A stretch of 64,000 bases of DNA from a virus, in the IMG/VR virus record IMGVR_UViG_3300005573_001035, positions 64,001 to 128,000 of that record; one strand, written 5' to 3'. Within the stretch, counting starts at the first letter, position 1. Each line of letters begins with the position of its first letter. The translations under genes and the position numbers were made by a program. Below the pieces are notes generated by a model that saw nothing but the letters and a program-made list of their open reading frames with translations, made no database searches and was not told the origin of the DNA. Below, piece by piece: positions 11,801-21,900 of the stretch.

Positions 11801-12350
11801 AGTAACCACTAAGACCAGTTCCAGAATATCCACTAAAACCTGAGTAGCCACTCCACCCACTCACTCCAGAATAACCTGAGTAACCCGAATAGCCACTCCG
11901 CCCACTCGTTCCAGAATAACCCGAGAAACCACTTGGGCCTGCTGGACCTGGAGAACCCGAGTAACCCGAATAGCCACTCCGCCCACTCGTTCCAGAATAA
12001 CCTGAGTATCCAGACCATCCAGATCTACCACTCGTTCCAGAATAACCCGAGTAACCCGAATAGCCACTCCGCCCACTCGTTCCAGAATACCCAGAGAAAC
12101 CACTATAACCTACTGGACCTGGAGAACCCGAGTAACCAGACCATCCAGAGAAACCCATCCTACCACTATAACCACTCACTCCTGAGTAGCCACTAAATCC
12201 AGAGAAACCACTATGACCAGAAACTGCCTTCTTAGTAGAGGGAAAATAACTAGAACTAATAGAATAAGGTAAATCTGGAGCTTTCTCCTCTCCTGCAAAT
12301 CCAGGAGGAGTAGGTAAGGATATAGGAGGTTTAGTTGGGTTGTTTGCCAT
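8853..12350 (-). CDS. Long SG(F/Y) collagen-like repeat fibre protein
   Basis: About 1060 aa of G-X-S triplets with GPQGPxG collagen segments. C-terminal IAVYDEG...LNFVG...VRVTISGGGG motif resembles phage fibre domains. Confidence 0.8.
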   Translation of the reverse strand: MANNPTKPPISLPTPPGFAGEEKAPDLPYSISSSYFPSTKKAVSGHSGFSGFSGYSGVSGYSGRMGFSGWSGYSGSPGPVGYSGFSGYSGTSGRSGYSGYSGYSGTSGRSGWSGYSGYSGTSGRSGYSGYSGSPGPAGPSGFSGYSGTSGRSGYSGYSGYSGVSGWSGYSGFSGYSGTGLSGYSGYSGVSGWSGYSGYSGFSGDLPGSSGYSGASGFSGYSGPQGPAGISGYSGYSGFSGFSGYSGPQGPAGISGFSGYSGSSGFSGPQGPAGSSGYSGFSGFSGYSGPQGPAGTSGFSGYSGFSGFSGYSGDIPGSSGYSGYSGFSGFSGYSGPQGPAGTSGFSGYSGFSGFSGYSGPQGVSGTSGFSGYSGTSGFSGYSGPQGPAGTSGFSGYSGTSGFSGYSGLEGVSGFSGYSGVSGFSGYSGSQGPEGISGFSGYSGFSGFSGYSGPQGPTGISGYSGYSGFSGFSGYSGPQGPEGISGFSGYSGFSGFSGYSGDMPGSSGYSGYSGFSGFSGYSGDSPGSSGYSGYSGFSGFSGYSGDSPGSSGYSGYSGFSGFSGYSGPQGPEGTSGFSGYSGVSGFSGYSGPQGPAGISGFSGYSGFSGPQGPQGTSGFSGYSGVSGFSGYSGPQGPEGTSGFSGYSGVSGFSGYSGSQGPEGTSGFSGYSGFSGFSGYSGPQGPEGTSGFSGYSGPQGPAGISGYSGYSGVSGFSGYSGTSGFSGYSGYSGDNPGSSGYSGYSGISGFSGYSGVSGFSGYSGLQGPAGISGYSGYSGVSGFSGYSGRSGFSGYSGFSGDNPGSSGYSGYSGVSGFSGYSGRSGFSGYSGVSGFSGYSGTSGFSGYSGLSGFSGYSGFSGDNPGSSGYSGYSGFSGYSGFSGDNPGSSGYSGYSGVSGFSGYSGTSGFSGYSGPQGPTGTSGFSGYSGFSGFSGKSGFSGYSGFSGDNPGSSGYSGYSGTSGFSGYSGTSGFSGYSGPQGPTGTSGFSGYSGFSGFSGYSGTSGFSGYSGFSGDNPGSSGYSGYSGYSGTSGFSGYSGISGFSGYSGYSGVNGYSGFSGYSGSSGYSGYSGFSGFSGYSGDNPGSSGYSGYSGVSGYSGISGYSGAGQDIAVYDEGNLVLASISGLNFVGTAVVAEDVGGGLVRVTISGGGGTGDVSEAVQRSWFGL
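9043..12221 (-). repeat. Coding Gly-X-Ser triplet repeat with higher-order X-SG-F-SG-Y-SG nonapeptide
   Basis: Directly visible. Confidence 0.95.
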
Positions 12351-12460
12351 ATTCTCTTGTATAAATCTCTCCTTGTTTATTTTAGAAGCTACTAGAACTA
12401 TTCTCGTTATAGAGTTAAGTCAGCAAAAAGAAATAAACACCCCAACAGAAAAAAGCATAC

Positions 12461-12988
12461 CTACTTTACTATCCCAAAAACTACATGTAACCATCCGTCA
12501 TATGGAATCTTATGAAAGAAACATTCTTCAATGAATTTCTGGATTCTGTCTTTTGGTTCTTGCTCGTTGCTATTTGTCGTAGGAATCATAGAATTCATTA
12601 GCAAGAATCCTACTAGACCACCCGTTCTATCTTTACCTCCAGCGCAATGGATCCAAACTTTTTTCTTTGAGCAGATACTCGATTGAGCCACAGAAACAAA
12701 ATGACGAAATCTTTCTAAATCTTCTTCTTTCATAATACCAGTCGAAGAGAAATCATAGCACAAGTGTAAAACTGGCTTGGTTCGAAAAAAGTTAATCTCA
12801 GCCGCCTCAGGACCTCTTCTTTGATCTGGTCGAATGTTCATTGCTAAGACCACATCTGGTTTCATTAACCAGTACATAAGCCTAAGTCTAATGGGACCAA
12901 ATTGTCCACTTCGATATAACTGATCAGATAGAACTACGCCAAAGTTTTTCCATAATCTAGCAAGCAGCCATGAAAAGAATTGAGACAT
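12461..12988 (-). CDS. PTP/dual-specificity (CX5R) phosphatase
   Basis: P-loop IHCAGGKDRTG and N-terminal LYRSGQ motif. Confidence 0.88.
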   Translation of the reverse strand: MSQFFSWLLARLWKNFGVVLSDQLYRSGQFGPIRLRLMYWLMKPDVVLAMNIRPDQRRGPEAAEINFFRTKPVLHLCYDFSSTGIMKEEDLERFRHFVSVAQSSICSKKKVWIHCAGGKDRTGGLVGFLLMNSMIPTTNSNEQEPKDRIQKFIEECFFHKIPYDGWLHVVFGIVK

Positions 12989-13023
12989 ATCTTTGCCTTT
13001 ACTCCTTTTTTATTTGTAGAGAG

Positions 13024-13031
13024 TTTTGTTC
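13024..13031 (-). promoter_or_regulatory. GAACAAAA upstream motif (putative phage promoter element)
   Basis: About 35 nt upstream of the ATG at 12988. The same motif recurs upstream of other genes. Confidence 0.45.
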
Positions 13032-13092
13032 TTTAGACAAAGAGCAAAGCTTCCCCTTCCTCATATATTTCATAGTACATTCAAACTAAGAT

Positions 13093-14238
13093 CTATTCTT
13101 CATACATTCCTGCGTTTTGAATATTCAAAATTAATAGAGGGGAAGAAATAGTTTCCCTATACATTCTATTATTTAGTTCTACAACTTGCTTATTAGAAGA
13201 GTAATCAATATAGAACTCATTAGGACTAACTTGCTTAACTGGGTAAAAGAATCTAGATGGAATCACACCATCAAACCATCTAATTTTTTCGTATATTCTC
13301 ACCCGAATCCTATTTCTAGCATTATATTTTGTTGCTATTCTCCGTAGTGTTCTTAGGTTATCGATGTGTTCAGAAAGCATTTCGTTGCTTAGAAAAGGAA
13401 AATCATTTAAGAGAGTTATTTCTGCGGTTCCGTTGTGTTTGATAATCTCTTCAATTAGCTCTAAGCCCTTAACTACGTCATATCCTTTTTGTAATGTATC
13501 TACTATGGTTTGGGATAAAGCCTCTAGACCAATTAGAAATACATACTGAGAAAGGTCTCTATCTTGAAAAATAGAGACATCTAGATCTGGTCTAATAAAG
13601 AACTCAACAAAGATATTCTCAGGGAGATTCAAACTGGTAAACGCCTTCTCAAGAGTAGGACCAGGAACAGAATCTTGGCATGTAAAAATATAGATCTTGC
13701 TATCTATACTAGAAAGTCTTCCCCCAACATTTGCAAGTTCTGCTAAGACCTCGATAGATCCAGGTCGATTGTATCGAGATACATACTTTGAGTAACAAAA
13801 TAGACAATCTCCATAGTAACAACCATTTGCTATACTAAATGAGAATACTACGTTTTTAATCTTCTCATTTGAAGATAGCATCTTTTTAATGAAATCTTCA
13901 AAGTAGAAACTAAAATTGGATGAGATATCTAAACCAAATGCTCTTTCAAAGGGCCCAGTAATAACTCGACACCTTGTTTCTTGAATAAAATCCATTAAGG
14001 GACCACCAAGAGTAAACTTATCTGTAATTATGCTCTTGACCCTAGCATACTGGCTAGTAAAAAATAGAGATAAGAAGACATTATCCGAATCATTAAATAC
14101 GTAATTAGTATGAAAATTAGATGGAATAAATACATGTAAATAATCATTCTCTTTAAGATAGTCATCGAAAAAGGAGTAGCCATTGAATATTCTTAAAGAA
14201 TTGCCAGATATGCTATACAAAGTGATTGCATAGTTCAT
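13093..14238 (-). CDS. Radical SAM enzyme, similar to the B12-dependent (class B) type
   Basis: GCYYGDCLFC (Cx4Cx2C) cluster motif, upstream LGGP, and IGLEALSQ...LQKG. Confidence 0.78.
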   Translation of the reverse strand: MNYAITLYSISGNSLRIFNGYSFFDDYLKENDYLHVFIPSNFHTNYVFNDSDNVFLSLFFTSQYARVKSIITDKFTLGGPLMDFIQETRCRVITGPFERAFGLDISSNFSFYFEDFIKKMLSSNEKIKNVVFSFSIANGCYYGDCLFCYSKYVSRYNRPGSIEVLAELANVGGRLSSIDSKIYIFTCQDSVPGPTLEKAFTSLNLPENIFVEFFIRPDLDVSIFQDRDLSQYVFLIGLEALSQTIVDTLQKGYDVVKGLELIEEIIKHNGTAEITLLNDFPFLSNEMLSEHIDNLRTLRRIATKYNARNRIRVRIYEKIRWFDGVIPSRFFYPVKQVSPNEFYIDYSSNKQVVELNNRMYRETISSPLLILNIQNAGMYEE

Positions 14239-14267
14239 TTCTACTTTTTCCCTCTTTCAGAAAAAAG

Positions 14268-14852
14268 CTACATGCTTATAATCTTACAACCAGGATCTTT
14301 GCTTAACTCATCAATGGAATCTAAGTCGTAAAAAAGCTCCCTATCAGATCGATTAAATAGGATAAGATGAACGTCCCCATCAGAATCTTTCATAATAACA
14401 AATTTGTTTTGTTTCAAAATTGTAAGTAAATTAATGATCCACATATTCTTTACTGAGTACTGGGGTATTTCAATACTCAGATCCATACATATGATTATCT
14501 TTCCAGTGCTTTCTTCACATACGTTCTTAATAACAAATCTTACATCACAAAAATCATATGGAATAATTTTACAGAACTCAACAAGATTCGAATTCTTAGC
14601 AAAAGATATACATTCTTCATTCTTTTTATCGATAACAAATACGATGTCTATCCCATGATAAGATTCAATCTCAGTGCTCCGAATCATAGACAATAAGAAC
14701 TCTAAAAAACTATCTTCCGAAACTCCCTCATCTACCAAAATTAGAATAAGAACTTCTTTTTCTTTATTTGGGCTTGATCCAAGGAGATGGAGAAAATTAG
14801 TATACCGAAGATTGAATTCTACCTTGCCACATTTCTTTTTAACAAACTTCAT
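14268..14852 (-). CDS. Divergent glycosyltransferase-like (GT-A) protein
   Basis: DIVFVID and STGKIIICMDLS resemble degenerate GT2 motifs. Confidence 0.4.
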   Translation of the reverse strand: MKFVKKKCGKVEFNLRYTNFLHLLGSSPNKEKEVLILILVDEGVSEDSFLEFLLSMIRSTEIESYHGIDIVFVIDKKNEECISFAKNSNLVEFCKIIPYDFCDVRFVIKNVCEESTGKIIICMDLSIEIPQYSVKNMWIINLLTILKQNKFVIMKDSDGDVHLILFNRSDRELFYDLDSIDELSKDPGCKIISM

Positions 14853-14887
14853 TCTTTCCTCTCAAACTTAGTCTTAAAGAAAAAGAA

Positions 14888-15544
14888 CTAGATCTTAGTC
14901 AAAACAAATTGTATATCCGAAACTACGTTATTATAGTTCTTTTGAGCAAATGCAATTCTATCTCTCGGTTGAATTGATGGAGACCAATCTTCGGTTGTAG
15001 ACAGAAAGAAACTTTCAAGCTTAAAGTAAGGTTTGTTCTCTATACCGTATCTAAGAAGCAAGTCTTTAGAAAACTCGTACCATGGATCACTATCTTCAAT
15101 CTTAATCCATGGTAGAACAGATAGCTCTGAAACAAATCTTTTTACTTTGTAACAAACCGTTTGATTTATACTCGTATAGTAAGTACTTTGAATTAGCAAT
15201 GTCCCACTAGATTTTAGCAAAGTATGTAAATTTTTCATTAAGGTGTGAATATCTGTAACTTGTTCAAACTGGTAGTACAAAAAAATCTTATCAAACTCAA
15301 CGCGTTGAAATAAAAGACTATCTAGATCCTCTGGATCATGATAAGCATAGAATGTAGACTTATTGTCCTCAGGCGGCAGGCCCACCTTGCAATATGATTC
15401 TGGAAGAATAAGAACTAGCTCTTTGTAAGATTCAAGATCGTGGAAAGGTTTCTTTCCTGGTTTCGACCTGCTAGTTTCATTACTACTAGTTAGATTCGTT
15501 ACTTTAGGCTCTTTGAGTTTTTCTTCCATCTTAATTTCCCCCAA
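14888..15544 (-). CDS. Divergent class I SAM methyltransferase-like protein
   Basis: FDKIFLYYQFEQV...LMKNLHTLLKSSGTLLI resembles Methyltransf_11 motifs. The Gly-rich motif I is not evident. Confidence 0.55.
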   Translation of the reverse strand: MGEIKMEEKLKEPKVTNLTSSNETSRSKPGKKPFHDLESYKELVLILPESYCKVGLPPEDNKSTFYAYHDPEDLDSLLFQRVEFDKIFLYYQFEQVTDIHTLMKNLHTLLKSSGTLLIQSTYYTSINQTVCYKVKRFVSELSVLPWIKIEDSDPWYEFSKDLLLRYGIENKPYFKLESFFLSTTEDWSPSIQPRDRIAFAQKNYNNVVSDIQFVLTKI

Positions 15545-15568
15545 CTTTCTCTTCTTTGTACATGTTTT

Positions 15569-16438
15569 CTAGAATACCTCTCCTGTGAATATATTCAAAT
15601 GGCCAAGTACAATCCCAGTATGAACCGCCAGTTTGTAACCATTTTCAACAGCTTTCTTCATAAAGAATAAATCTTGAGTTGAGTAGGCAATCGTTCCAAC
15701 TTCGGTAATTTCATTCTGAGTCTTAAACCATTTACCATCTGTTTTAAGCCTAGGATCTTCGAAAAGAGTTCTCTTCATTAGAGTGAACCCCATTCCCATA
15801 CCATTACACTCAACAATGTCTCCTGGTTTCCAGTCCGTTCTTGGGGAAAAGTTATCTTCACCTGGAGTTCCCAAGATAAGAGGAGTAGGAGGAATTCCTT
15901 TTGTATGGTACAAGCCCCCAACAATATCATACTTATCGGTTAATTTCACAAGCTCTAAGAATGGGCCCTGTGTATTGGGCATAGATGGAATCAGTATATC
16001 ATCTTCAACAAACAAAAAGAATGGTATATTATCAAATGCTTTATTTCTTAAGATCTCCTCAATTACTACATTGTATGCATCTGCGACTTCGAAACCCACA
16101 GCAAACATTCTGAAAAAAGGATGGTTCAAAGGCTTTATAATCCTATCCCAAGAATCAACTACCATGGGATGGATTCCAGTTACGATAGTCGTTTCAACTT
16201 GCTCAACCTTACCGCAATTCTTACAAACAATATTCTTTCTCTTTACATACTTGCCCCTAGTAGCTACTATCATTATACAGCCTAGATTCTTAAAAGAATT
16301 CCCAAATAGAAACTTAGATCGTTTATCTTTTACGGAAGAATCTGAAACTAGATTTTCTATAGTGGTAATGGGGGCATTGGTAACTTTTTTCGGAATTCTC
16401 TTCTTAGATTGTCTCTTCATTTTCTGATTCTCGTCCAT
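15569..16438 (-). CDS. Glycosyltransferase (GT2-like)
   Basis: FLFVEDDIL, DIVGGLY, GMGFTLMKRTLFE and QDLFF...GYKLAVHTGIVLGHL motifs. Confidence 0.85.
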   Translation of the reverse strand: MDENQKMKRQSKKRIPKKVTNAPITTIENLVSDSSVKDKRSKFLFGNSFKNLGCIMIVATRGKYVKRKNIVCKNCGKVEQVETTIVTGIHPMVVDSWDRIIKPLNHPFFRMFAVGFEVADAYNVVIEEILRNKAFDNIPFFLFVEDDILIPSMPNTQGPFLELVKLTDKYDIVGGLYHTKGIPPTPLILGTPGEDNFSPRTDWKPGDIVECNGMGMGFTLMKRTLFEDPRLKTDGKWFKTQNEITEVGTIAYSTQDLFFMKKAVENGYKLAVHTGIVLGHLNIFTGEVF

Positions 16439-16699
16439 CTTTCTTTCCTACCTCCTAGATCCAAGTATATCTCGTGGTGGTTTCTATACATCTTTCCAAG
16501 AAATCGGCTTAGAGATTCCTATGCATTTTTCAGAAGATCTCCCCCTTGCCATTGAACAAATTGTCTAAAGCTAGAAACGAGAATCAATTTCTCTGTAATA
16601 AGAAGAATCTCGTCTGTCTAATCGACATATATAAACTAGTCCAGCCTCCAACAAAGCTGGATTCATTATACGATGTTTAAGAATAAGACAAAAAAATCA

Positions 16700-17202
16700 T
16701 CAAAATCTTTCATAAAACCACAGTTTTCTTAGTTGTATATCTAAGAAAGCTAACTTTGAGTAAGAACTAATAGGAGTAACCAGGTAGGGAGTTTTCTCAA
16801 CAGATAGTTCTTGGATGCTTCTTACCTTAAAGAATGATAGTTTCTTAAGAGTGTCGCTTTCAATCCAAGAAATAGGCTGGTCTTCAGAGTTTACTCGTAT
16901 TTTGTTCAAGAATCTAAGGACCAAGTAATCTAATAGGTCTGATCTTTTGGTCTCAAACTTTTCCCTACAAAGTAACGAATCGAAGATTCATTCACAATAT
17001 AACAATCTATAGAAAGTAAAGAATCTGAGTAATAAACTCACAATGTACCACGTCTTTGTATTCTCACCGATTAGAATTTGTTGCCAAAGATCATTAATTT
17101 CAAACCAATCAGAATATAACTCGTTTTGAATGGTGGATGGTAGAAAACTATCTCTTATATACTCAGTAATGTAGTACTACCAACCTGGAAAGGTTCAAAC
17201 AT
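16700..17202 (-). pseudogene. Possible decayed gene
   Basis: Frame 17176-16991 is open, is interrupted by TGA at 16988-16990, and continues in frame into ORF 16700..16924. The upstream ATG at 17202 is out of frame. Confidence 0.3.
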
Positions 17203-17243
17203 TATTCTTGGCTCTTTCTTTTTTATGATACTAGCAAAACTAG

Positions 17244-18077
17244 TTAAGCAGCTCCAGTTTCTGGATCTATGGACGTAAACAGAATGTAAGGAATAACACA
17301 TCCTCCCTGGTCAGTTACTATTTGCGTATTTAGAATTGAAGATGGAAGGTTGTACGTAATCAGACCACCCCGACCTCCAACAAACGGAGCTGGAAACCGA
17401 GTGCCAAGAATTCCATCGGCTATTAAACCGCTGAGACTATAAGTCGAGGCAGTTGCTCCAGATCCCACAACATATCCTTTTACTCTCTGACCTACTATAT
17501 AGATTTCGTATCCACTTGTGGTCCAGGAAGTTCCGAAAACACCAATTAGATATGTACTTCCGCCTACCAAGTTCACATTAAAGCTAGTCTGAAAAAGAAG
17601 CGCGTATCCGGAAATAGACCCCTCACCTGAGAATCCGAACCAACCGTCCGTATAACTAGCGGTTGAAAACGTATTTCCAGTCTTGGTATATATACCAATC
17701 TCAATAGTGTACTCATTACTCCAAGTTGCTGGTGAGGTTTCTAGATTATTTGTAAGCAAGATAGGTAATCTAACCGAGACAGCACTTACATTCCCAGGGA
17801 CATATACTAAAGAAAAGATCGGCACTGCATCATAACATCGGTGCGCTTCCGTTAGTTCTGGGATGGCGTTATTTCCGAGAGTGCAGAACCATCGCATTGA
17901 TGAGAAAACAGTACTTCCGCCTACCAAGTCAACGTAAGATCCACCATTTATAGATTTCTTTAGTTTCAAAGTCGAGCTATCAAGGATAATATCACCCTCA
18001 TTAGAACTAGATACAGAAGGAGATGTACAAGAACGAAGATTTTCCAGTACCTCTGTAAGAGTGCCTCGGAATTCCAT
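17244..18077 (-). CDS. Putative tail-associated receptor-binding protein (paralog A)
   Basis: Shares its N-terminus and the C-terminal GTRFPAP...PYILFTSIDPETGA with 18082..18876. Confidence 0.55.
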   Translation of the reverse strand: MEFRGTLTEVLENLRSCTSPSVSSSNEGDIILDSSTLKLKKSINGGSYVDLVGGSTVFSSMRWFCTLGNNAIPELTEAHRCYDAVPIFSLVYVPGNVSAVSVRLPILLTNNLETSPATWSNEYTIEIGIYTKTGNTFSTASYTDGWFGFSGEGSISGYALLFQTSFNVNLVGGSTYLIGVFGTSWTTSGYEIYIVGQRVKGYVVGSGATASTYSLSGLIADGILGTRFPAPFVGGRGGLITYNLPSSILNTQIVTDQGGCVIPYILFTSIDPETGAA

Positions 18078-18081
18078 TTCT

Positions 18082-18876
18082 TTATAGGGTCGCTCCAGTT
18101 TCTGGATCTATCGATGTAAAGAGAATGTATGGAACAACAAATCCTCCCAGGTCAGATTTTATCTGGGTCGCAGATATGGGTGAAGGCAAAGCGGCGGTTG
18201 TCGTAGAAAACCGACCCCCAACAAGCGGAGCCGGGAACCGAGTACCAGCACCTCCCTCTGTTACTAAGCCTGCTATACTTACAGATGGTCCCGACATCTG
18301 TTTTCCAACTATAAACGCGTTGCCAGAAGTATTTGCCCTAGCAACTAGAACCCCAACTAAGTAATAGCTCCCAGACGCCAGCACCACAGAATTATTTTGT
18401 ATCGCACTAGATGATATATTAACAAAGTAGGCCTTACTATTCAGTAAAGTTGAGGACCCACTAAACGATACTGTTGCCGTCTGAACGAGAGCCCAGGTTG
18501 AGAAACCTCCAGTATATAAACCAAAAGTTGCCGTATATGAGTTTGCTCCACTGGCGGTAAAATAAAAAGCCAATCTAATTAATTTTGCTGTCAGATTTCC
18601 TGGTACATACATAGAACTTAGCACCAGGTACTTATCGGTAGCTTGTGTAATATTAGTTAAACTCACCACAGCTGAGATTCCATCTGTCGCGGTAAACCAT
18701 AACAAACTTAATGGTCTGCACCCTATTTCCGAATACGATCCACCACTAATAGAGGCTTTTAGCTTCATATCATTGGCATCTAAGATAATATTAGCTTCGT
18801 TAGAACTTGATACAGGTGGTGATGATACCGCCTTAAGAGTTAGTTTTATCTTTTTGGTTGTACCCTTAAATTCCAA
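18082..18876 (-). CDS. Putative tail-associated receptor-binding protein (paralog B)
   Basis: Paralog of 17244..18077, directly downstream of the gp5-like gene. Confidence 0.55.
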   Translation of the reverse strand: MEFKGTTKKIKLTLKAVSSPPVSSSNEANIILDANDMKLKASISGGSYSEIGCRPLSLLWFTATDGISAVVSLTNITQATDKYLVLSSMYVPGNLTAKLIRLAFYFTASGANSYTATFGLYTGGFSTWALVQTATVSFSGSSTLLNSKAYFVNISSSAIQNNSVVLASGSYYLVGVLVARANTSGNAFIVGKQMSGPSVSIAGLVTEGGAGTRFPAPLVGGRFSTTTAALPSPISATQIKSDLGGFVVPYILFTSIDPETGATL

Positions 18877-18906
18877 CTTACCAGAAAACCTCCTTCGACA
18901 GTTATT

Positions 18907-21900
18907 TTAGACAGCAGCTATAACCACCCTGCCATTAAATCTTGAATCTGGACTAGAACTAACATATATTCTTACATTATTAGAATCAATAATTGTAATC
19001 TGATCTGGAAATACAAGATTTCCAGTAGACGTATCCCACGTGCTAACTAACAGGGCTGAAGAATTAAGATTGTGAGTAAACGTTATGTAATAGTTACCGG
19101 TTCCAGAAGTCCACGATGTCGTATTATTGAACGTAGTTGTGTACCTAGAAAGAGATCCGCTAAAACCCGAGTAACCACTAAAACCACTTACTCCAGAGTA
19201 ACCACTAAAACCAGATTTACCACTAAAACCACTTACTCCAGAGTAACCACTAAAACCACTTACGCCTGAATAGCCCGAGTAGCCACTAAAACCAGATTTA
19301 CCACTAAAACCACTTACTCCATCTAGTCCTTGAGAACCAGAATAACCCGAGTAGCCACTAAAACCAGATTTACCACTAAAACCACTTACTCCATCTAGTC
19401 CTTGAGAACCAGAATAACCCGAGAAACCGCTTACGCCAGAATAGCCACTAAAACCACTTACTCCATCTAGTCCTTGAGAACCAGAATAACCCGAGAAACC
19501 GCTTACGCCAGAATAGCCACTAAAACCACTTACTCCATCTAGTCCTTGAGAACCAGAATACCCACTAAAACCACTTGTTCCCGAATACCCACTAAAACCA
19601 CTTGTTCCTTCGAGACCTTGAGAACCAGAATATCCTGAGAAACCACTTACGCCCGAATACCCACTAAAACCACTTGTTCCTTGAGGACCAGAATACCCCG
19701 AAAAGCCGCTCGTACCAGAATATCCACTATATCCACTCGTACCTGTGGGGCCTTGAGGACCAGAATACCCAGAGAAACCACTTACACCAGAGTAACCCGA
19801 AAAGCCACTTGTTCCAGAATACCCACTAAATCCACTAGTTCCCTCAGGTCCTTGAGACCCAGAATACCCACTAAAACCAGAAACACCTTGTGGTCCAGAA
19901 TACCCTGAAAAGCCACTTACACCAGAATACCCACTAAAACCACTTATTCCTTCCGGACCCTGAAGACCAGAGTATCCAGAGAAACCACTAGTACCACTTA
20001 TTCCAGAATACCCACTAAAACCACTTGTTCCCGAATACCCACTAAAACCACTTGTTCCCGCAGGACCTTGCAACCCAGAATATCCAGAGAAACCACTTTC
20101 GCCCGAATAGCCACTAAACCCAGATGTTCCTTCTGGTCCTTGAGAACCAGAATACCCCGAGAAACCACTTATACCTGAGTAGCCAGAGAAACCAGATTTA
20201 CCACTAACACCACTCGCCCCAGAATACCCCGAGAAACCACTTACACCCGAGTAACCACTAAAACCAGATGTTCCTTCTGGTCCTTGTGAGCCAGAATATC
20301 CCGAGAAACCACTTACACCCGAGTAACCACTAAAACCAGAAGTACCTTGTAGTCCAGAATACCCACTAAATCCACTCGTTCCTATGGGACCTTGTGGGCC
20401 TGAATATCCAGAGAAACCACTTACACCTGAGTAGCCCGAGAAACCACTTGTTCCTGTAGGACCTTGAGGACCCGAGTACCCACTAAAACCACTTTCACCC
20501 GAGTAACCACTAAAACCACTCACACCTGTAGGACCTTGAGGTCCAGAATATCCACTAAATCCACTTACACCAGAGTAACCAGAGAAACCACTTGTTCCTT
20601 CGGGTCCTTGAGGACCAGAATAGCCCGAGAAACCACTAAAACCACTCGTACCTGTTGGGCCTTGAGGTCCAGAATATCCACTAAATCCACTTACACCAGA
20701 GTAACCAGACAAACCACTTGGTCCCGAGTAACCACTAAAACCAGAAATTCCTTCTGGTCCTTGTGGGCCGGAATATCCACTAAAACCAGACCTCCCACTT
20801 ACACCCGAGTAACCCGAAAAGCCACTGGTTCCAGAATACCCACTAAATCCACTCGTTCCTGTAGGGCCTTGAGGACCAGAATACCCAGAGAAACCACTCG
20901 TACCAGAATAGCCACTAAATCCAGACGTTCCTTCTGGGCCTTGAGAACCAGAATACCCAGAGAAACCACTCGTACCAGAATAGCCACTAAATCCAGAAGT
21001 ACCCTGGGGTCCAGAATACCCAGAGAAACCACTTACACCAGAGTAACCCGAAAAGCCACTCGTCCCCTGGGGCCCTGGTTCTCCACTATATCCACTATAT
21101 CCACTCGTTCCAGTGGGACCCTGAGAACCAGAATATCCCGAGAAACCACTAACGCCCGAATAGCCACTAAAACCAGAAGTTCCAGTGGGACCCTGAGAAC
21201 CAGAATATCCCGAGAAACCACTAACGCCCGAATAGCCACTAAAACCAGAAGTTCCAGTGGGACCCTGAGAACCAGAGTAGCCACTAAATCCACTTAGACC
21301 CGAATAGCCACTAAATCCAGAAGTTCCCTGGGGTCCTGGTTCTCCACTATATCCACTATATCCACTCGTTCCAGCGGGGCCTTGAGACCCGGAATACCCA
21401 GAGAAACCACTCGTACCCGAATAGCCACTAAAACCAGAAGTTCCCTGGGGTCCTGGTTCTCCACTATATCCACTAAAACCAGATGTTCCCTCTGGACCCT
21501 GAGAACCAGAGTAGCCACTAAATCCACTTAGACCCGAATAGCCACTAAAACCAGATGTTCCAGTAGAGCCCTGGGGTCCGGAATAACCCGAGAATCCACT
21601 CGTTCCAGAATACCCACTAAAACCAGATGTTCCCTCTGGACCCTGAGAACCAGAATATCCCGAAAAGCCACTCGCGCCCGAATAGCCAGAGAAACCACTT
21701 GGTCCAGAATAGCCACTAAAACCACTTGTTCCCTGAGGTCCTGGTTCTCCACTATATCCACTATATCCACTCGTTCCTTGAGGGCCCTGACAACCAGAAT
21801 ACCCCGAAAAGCCACTCGTGCCCGAATAGCCAGAGAAACCACTTGTACCTGAGTAACCAGAAAAGCCACTTGGGCCAGAATACCCAGAGAAACCACTTAG

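Noticed and set aside
8853-12350. SGY repeats as GFP-like (SYG) chromophore precursors
   Set aside because: The residue order is S-G-Y rather than S-Y-G, and no beta-barrel scaffold is present.
16988-16990. In-frame TGA as a sign of stop-codon reassignment
   Set aside because: Conserved genes are intact under the standard code, and TGA, TAG and TAA all terminate genes in this window.
17244-18260. Similar 3' ends of the two paralogs as a DGR template/variable repeat pair
   Set aside because: Differences are not adenine-specific, both copies are coding, and no reverse transcriptase is in the window.
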